A stretch of DNA of 64,000 nt. Source: Noviherbaspirillum sp. (GTDB taxonomy: Bacteria; Pseudomonadota; Gammaproteobacteria; Burkholderiales; Burkholderiaceae_D). Each line of letters begins with the position of its first letter. The first letter of the stretch is position 1. Positions 61,733-64,000 of this stretch are shown here, piece by piece. The notes beneath the pieces are model-generated. The model was given only the letters and a program-made list of their open reading frames with translations, was not told the origin of the DNA and did no database searches. A program made the translations under genes and the position numbers. Location: NCBI GenBank assembly GCA_035626875.1, contig DASPMV010000007.1:19848-83847 (forward strand), written 5' to 3'.

Positions 61733-62884
61733 ATGGGCTCGAAAATCAAGTCAATCGGCGCCAGGCCGCGCGTCGCACTCGTTCTCCAGGGGGGCGGCGC
61801 GCTCGGCGCCTACCAGGCAGGCGTCTACCAGGCACTGCACGAACATGGCCTGACACCCGACTGGGTGGTGGGCACATCCATCGGCGCGATCAACGGCGCC
61901 ATCATCGCAGGCAACGAACGGGCCAATCGTCTCGACAGGCTCAAGGCCTTCTGGGATGAGGTCGCACACTCGGACCTGCTCGATATGCGTAAAGTGCCGG
62001 ACCCGGCACGAAAGCTCAACACGATGTTGAGCACCATCGACACGGTCACGCAGGGCGTGCCCGGCATGTATGCGCTGCGCTGGTTCAATCCCTTCTTCGC
62101 AGGATGGCCGGTCGCTGCGGAATCGGCGAGCTTCTACGACACCACGCCGCTGGAAGAGACGCTGACCCGCCTGGTCGACCTGCGTGCGCTGAACTACTCA
62201 AGCGGCATCCGTCTCACCGTCAGCGCGATCAAGGTGACCTGCGGCCAGCTCAACAATTTCGACACCGCGCACCACCCGGTGAGCATCAAGCATGTGATGG
62301 CCAGCGGCGCCCTGCCGCCCGGTTTTCCGCCGGTCCGCATCGACGGTGAACTGTACTGGGATGGAGGACTGTATTCCAACACGCCCCTGGAAACCGTGCT
62401 GGCCGACGAGCCGCGCGTCGACACCATCTGTTTCATGGTCGACCTGTGGAGTCCGGACGGACCGGAGCCGAATACGCTGGAGCAGGTGTACACGCGTCAG
62501 AAGGATGTGCTGTATGCGTCACGCTCGCGCCGCCACATCGATGCCTACCTGCGCGGCTACCGTCTCCGCCGATTGATACGCACGCTGCGCGCAAAAGTGC
62601 CTGACCACCTGCTGGGCGAGGACGAGTTGCGCGAACTGGAGAAAGTGGGCACCGACACGACGATGCATATCGTGCGACTCGCCTATGCCGGACGCGACTG
62701 GCAGATGGCGTCCAAGGACATCAACTTCTCGAAGGGTTCGATCGAGTGGCGCTGGGAACAGGGCTACCTGGATGCCATGCGGGCGATCGACCATGGCGCC
62801 TGGCGTGCCGAAGCCCCGGAAGGGGCCGGCGTGCTGGTGCACGAGATCGGTCCGAACGGTCGGGAAGAAAGGCTATCGGGCTGA
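61733..62884 (+). CDS. Patatin-like phospholipase (DUF3734 C-terminus)
   Basis: QGGGALG, GTSIG, DGG motifs. Confidence 0.92.
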   Translation: MGSKIKSIGARPRVALVLQGGGALGAYQAGVYQALHEHGLTPDWVVGTSIGAINGAIIAGNERANRLDRLKAFWDEVAHSDLLDMRKVPDPARKLNTMLSTIDTVTQGVPGMYALRWFNPFFAGWPVAAESASFYDTTPLEETLTRLVDLRALNYSSGIRLTVSAIKVTCGQLNNFDTAHHPVSIKHVMASGALPPGFPPVRIDGELYWDGGLYSNTPLETVLADEPRVDTICFMVDLWSPDGPEPNTLEQVYTRQKDVLYASRSRRHIDAYLRGYRLRRLIRTLRAKVPDHLLGEDELRELEKVGTDTTMHIVRLAYAGRDWQMASKDINFSKGSIEWRWEQGYLDAMRAIDHGAWRAEAPEGAGVLVHEIGPNGREERLSG

Positions 62885-63739
62885 TGCGGACAGCACGCCC
62901 GGCTGTGCTGGCGTCTGCATGCGGCACGGGAGGCCGCGTTCCGTCATGCCCTCGAGTCCTTCTCCGGCCCCTGCCGTTTCGCGCACGAGGCGCGACATGA
63001 CGAACACGTTGCCGGCGTTGCGGTCGACGCGGATCGGACGGATGTCGGCCAGCTCCGACCAGGAGCTGACCGATTTCCAGGTATTGGTCGTCTTGTTCAG
63101 AACCTGCAGGAAGTACTGGCCATCCTGACGGCGCACGCGCGCGCCCACACTGCCGTCGACGTCCATGATCCAGCGAGTCACGTCACCGTTGTTCTTCCAC
63201 ACCATCTCCACGCTGCCGGTTGTAGGGTCAGCGGTATAGACGTCGAAGACGCCAGCGTCGCGCCGGTTGCTGATGAGTACAAGCTTGCCGGACTGCGGAT
63301 CGCCGGCATGAATAACATGCGACGTGCTGCCTTTCCATGGTGTGAGGTTGATGGGCGTGGCTCCCGGCCTGTCGGTATCGATCAGCATGACCTGGGTGTT
63401 GGTGCCGCCGGTCGGGTCGGCTTCATGGATGAGGTGGCGGCTGTCGCAGGCCCAGTAGGGCAGATTGCGCCCGAGCCGAAAAACTGCGGCGTCTCCGCCA
63501 TCGGCAGCCCGCACGAAGGTGGTGACCTCCTTACCGTACGCCGCGTGCCAGAGCAGCTTCCTGCCGTCGGGAGACGCCTTGCTGCCGCTCGGGGCATCGA
63601 TGCTGACGACGAACTTGCGCAGCGGATCGGCCGCCGGCAACTGGGTCGCTGCCGGGGTCGGAAGAGCCGGCCAGCCCGCGCACCCCGCAAGAAGACCCGC
63701 TCCCGCTATTAACGCGATGCGCAATGCAATCGATGCCAT
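62873..63739 (-). pseudogene. Lipoprotein resembling the N-terminal beta-propeller of an S9 peptidase, catalytic domain absent
   Basis: LAGC lipobox; SPDGRKL, NLTP, SNRRD..FDVY propeller motifs; about 288 aa with no GxSxG. Confidence 0.55.
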
Positions 63740-63788
63740 GATGTCATTCCTTGTCGAACCGGGATAGCGGCAGAGTATAAAGCATCCT

Positions 63789-64000
63789 CTACCTCTTTCG
63801 AGCCAAGGTGAGGCCATCTCCCAAGGGAAGCATCGACAAATCGATGCGCGCGTCGTCGCGCAGCTTGCGGTTGAAGGCCTGCAGCGCGGCGGTATCGGCG
63901 TCGGATGCCGCCAGCGCCACCTTGCCGCTCCAGAGCACATTGTCCACCGCCACCAGTCCGCCTTGCCGCAGCAGGACCAGGCATCGTTCGTAGTAGGCGT
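63789..64000 (-). CDS. Class I SAM-dependent O-methyltransferase, 3' part (5' end outside window)
   Basis: [24 protein letters not shown]...[13 protein letters not shown]-stop read on the minus strand. Confidence 0.88.
   Translation of the reverse strand, partial: AYYERCLVLLRQGGLVAVDNVLWSGKVALAASDADTAALQAFNRKLRDDARIDLSMLPLGDGLTLARKR

Overview
GC-rich betaproteobacterial chromosome segment; gene content and order suggest Oxalobacteraceae (inference). Most of it is core or near-core: LysE-rsmB-DUF4390-ntrY/ntrX-like, metH, fmt-def, lysM-dprA-smg-topB, Ada/AlkA-Ogt repair, a Liv-type ABC transporter, a two-component system with LTA-synthase-like and PAP2 genes, alkB, an acyl-CoA ligase, GST and a patatin. 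I saw no tRNA, rRNA, CRISPR array or transposase. The best signals are non-coding. (1) A candidate ~105-nt sigma54-dependent sRNA (11981-12086, minus) whose seed is complementary to the RBS of the neighbouring VpsR-like sigma54 activator and to the leader of the adjacent LysR gene, suggesting a LuxO/Qrr-like feedback circuit. (2) A long-loop SAM-II riboswitch before metH with a visible terminator/antiterminator switch. (3) A secreted Thr-rich protein with a (K-V/I-E/D)x14 tail encoded with an outer-membrane beta-barrel. (4) A deletion-scarred ECF41 locus that keeps its promoter. (5) Sigma32- and sigmaE-type promoters before uncharacterised small genes. All family calls come from motif recognition by eye; no searches were run.
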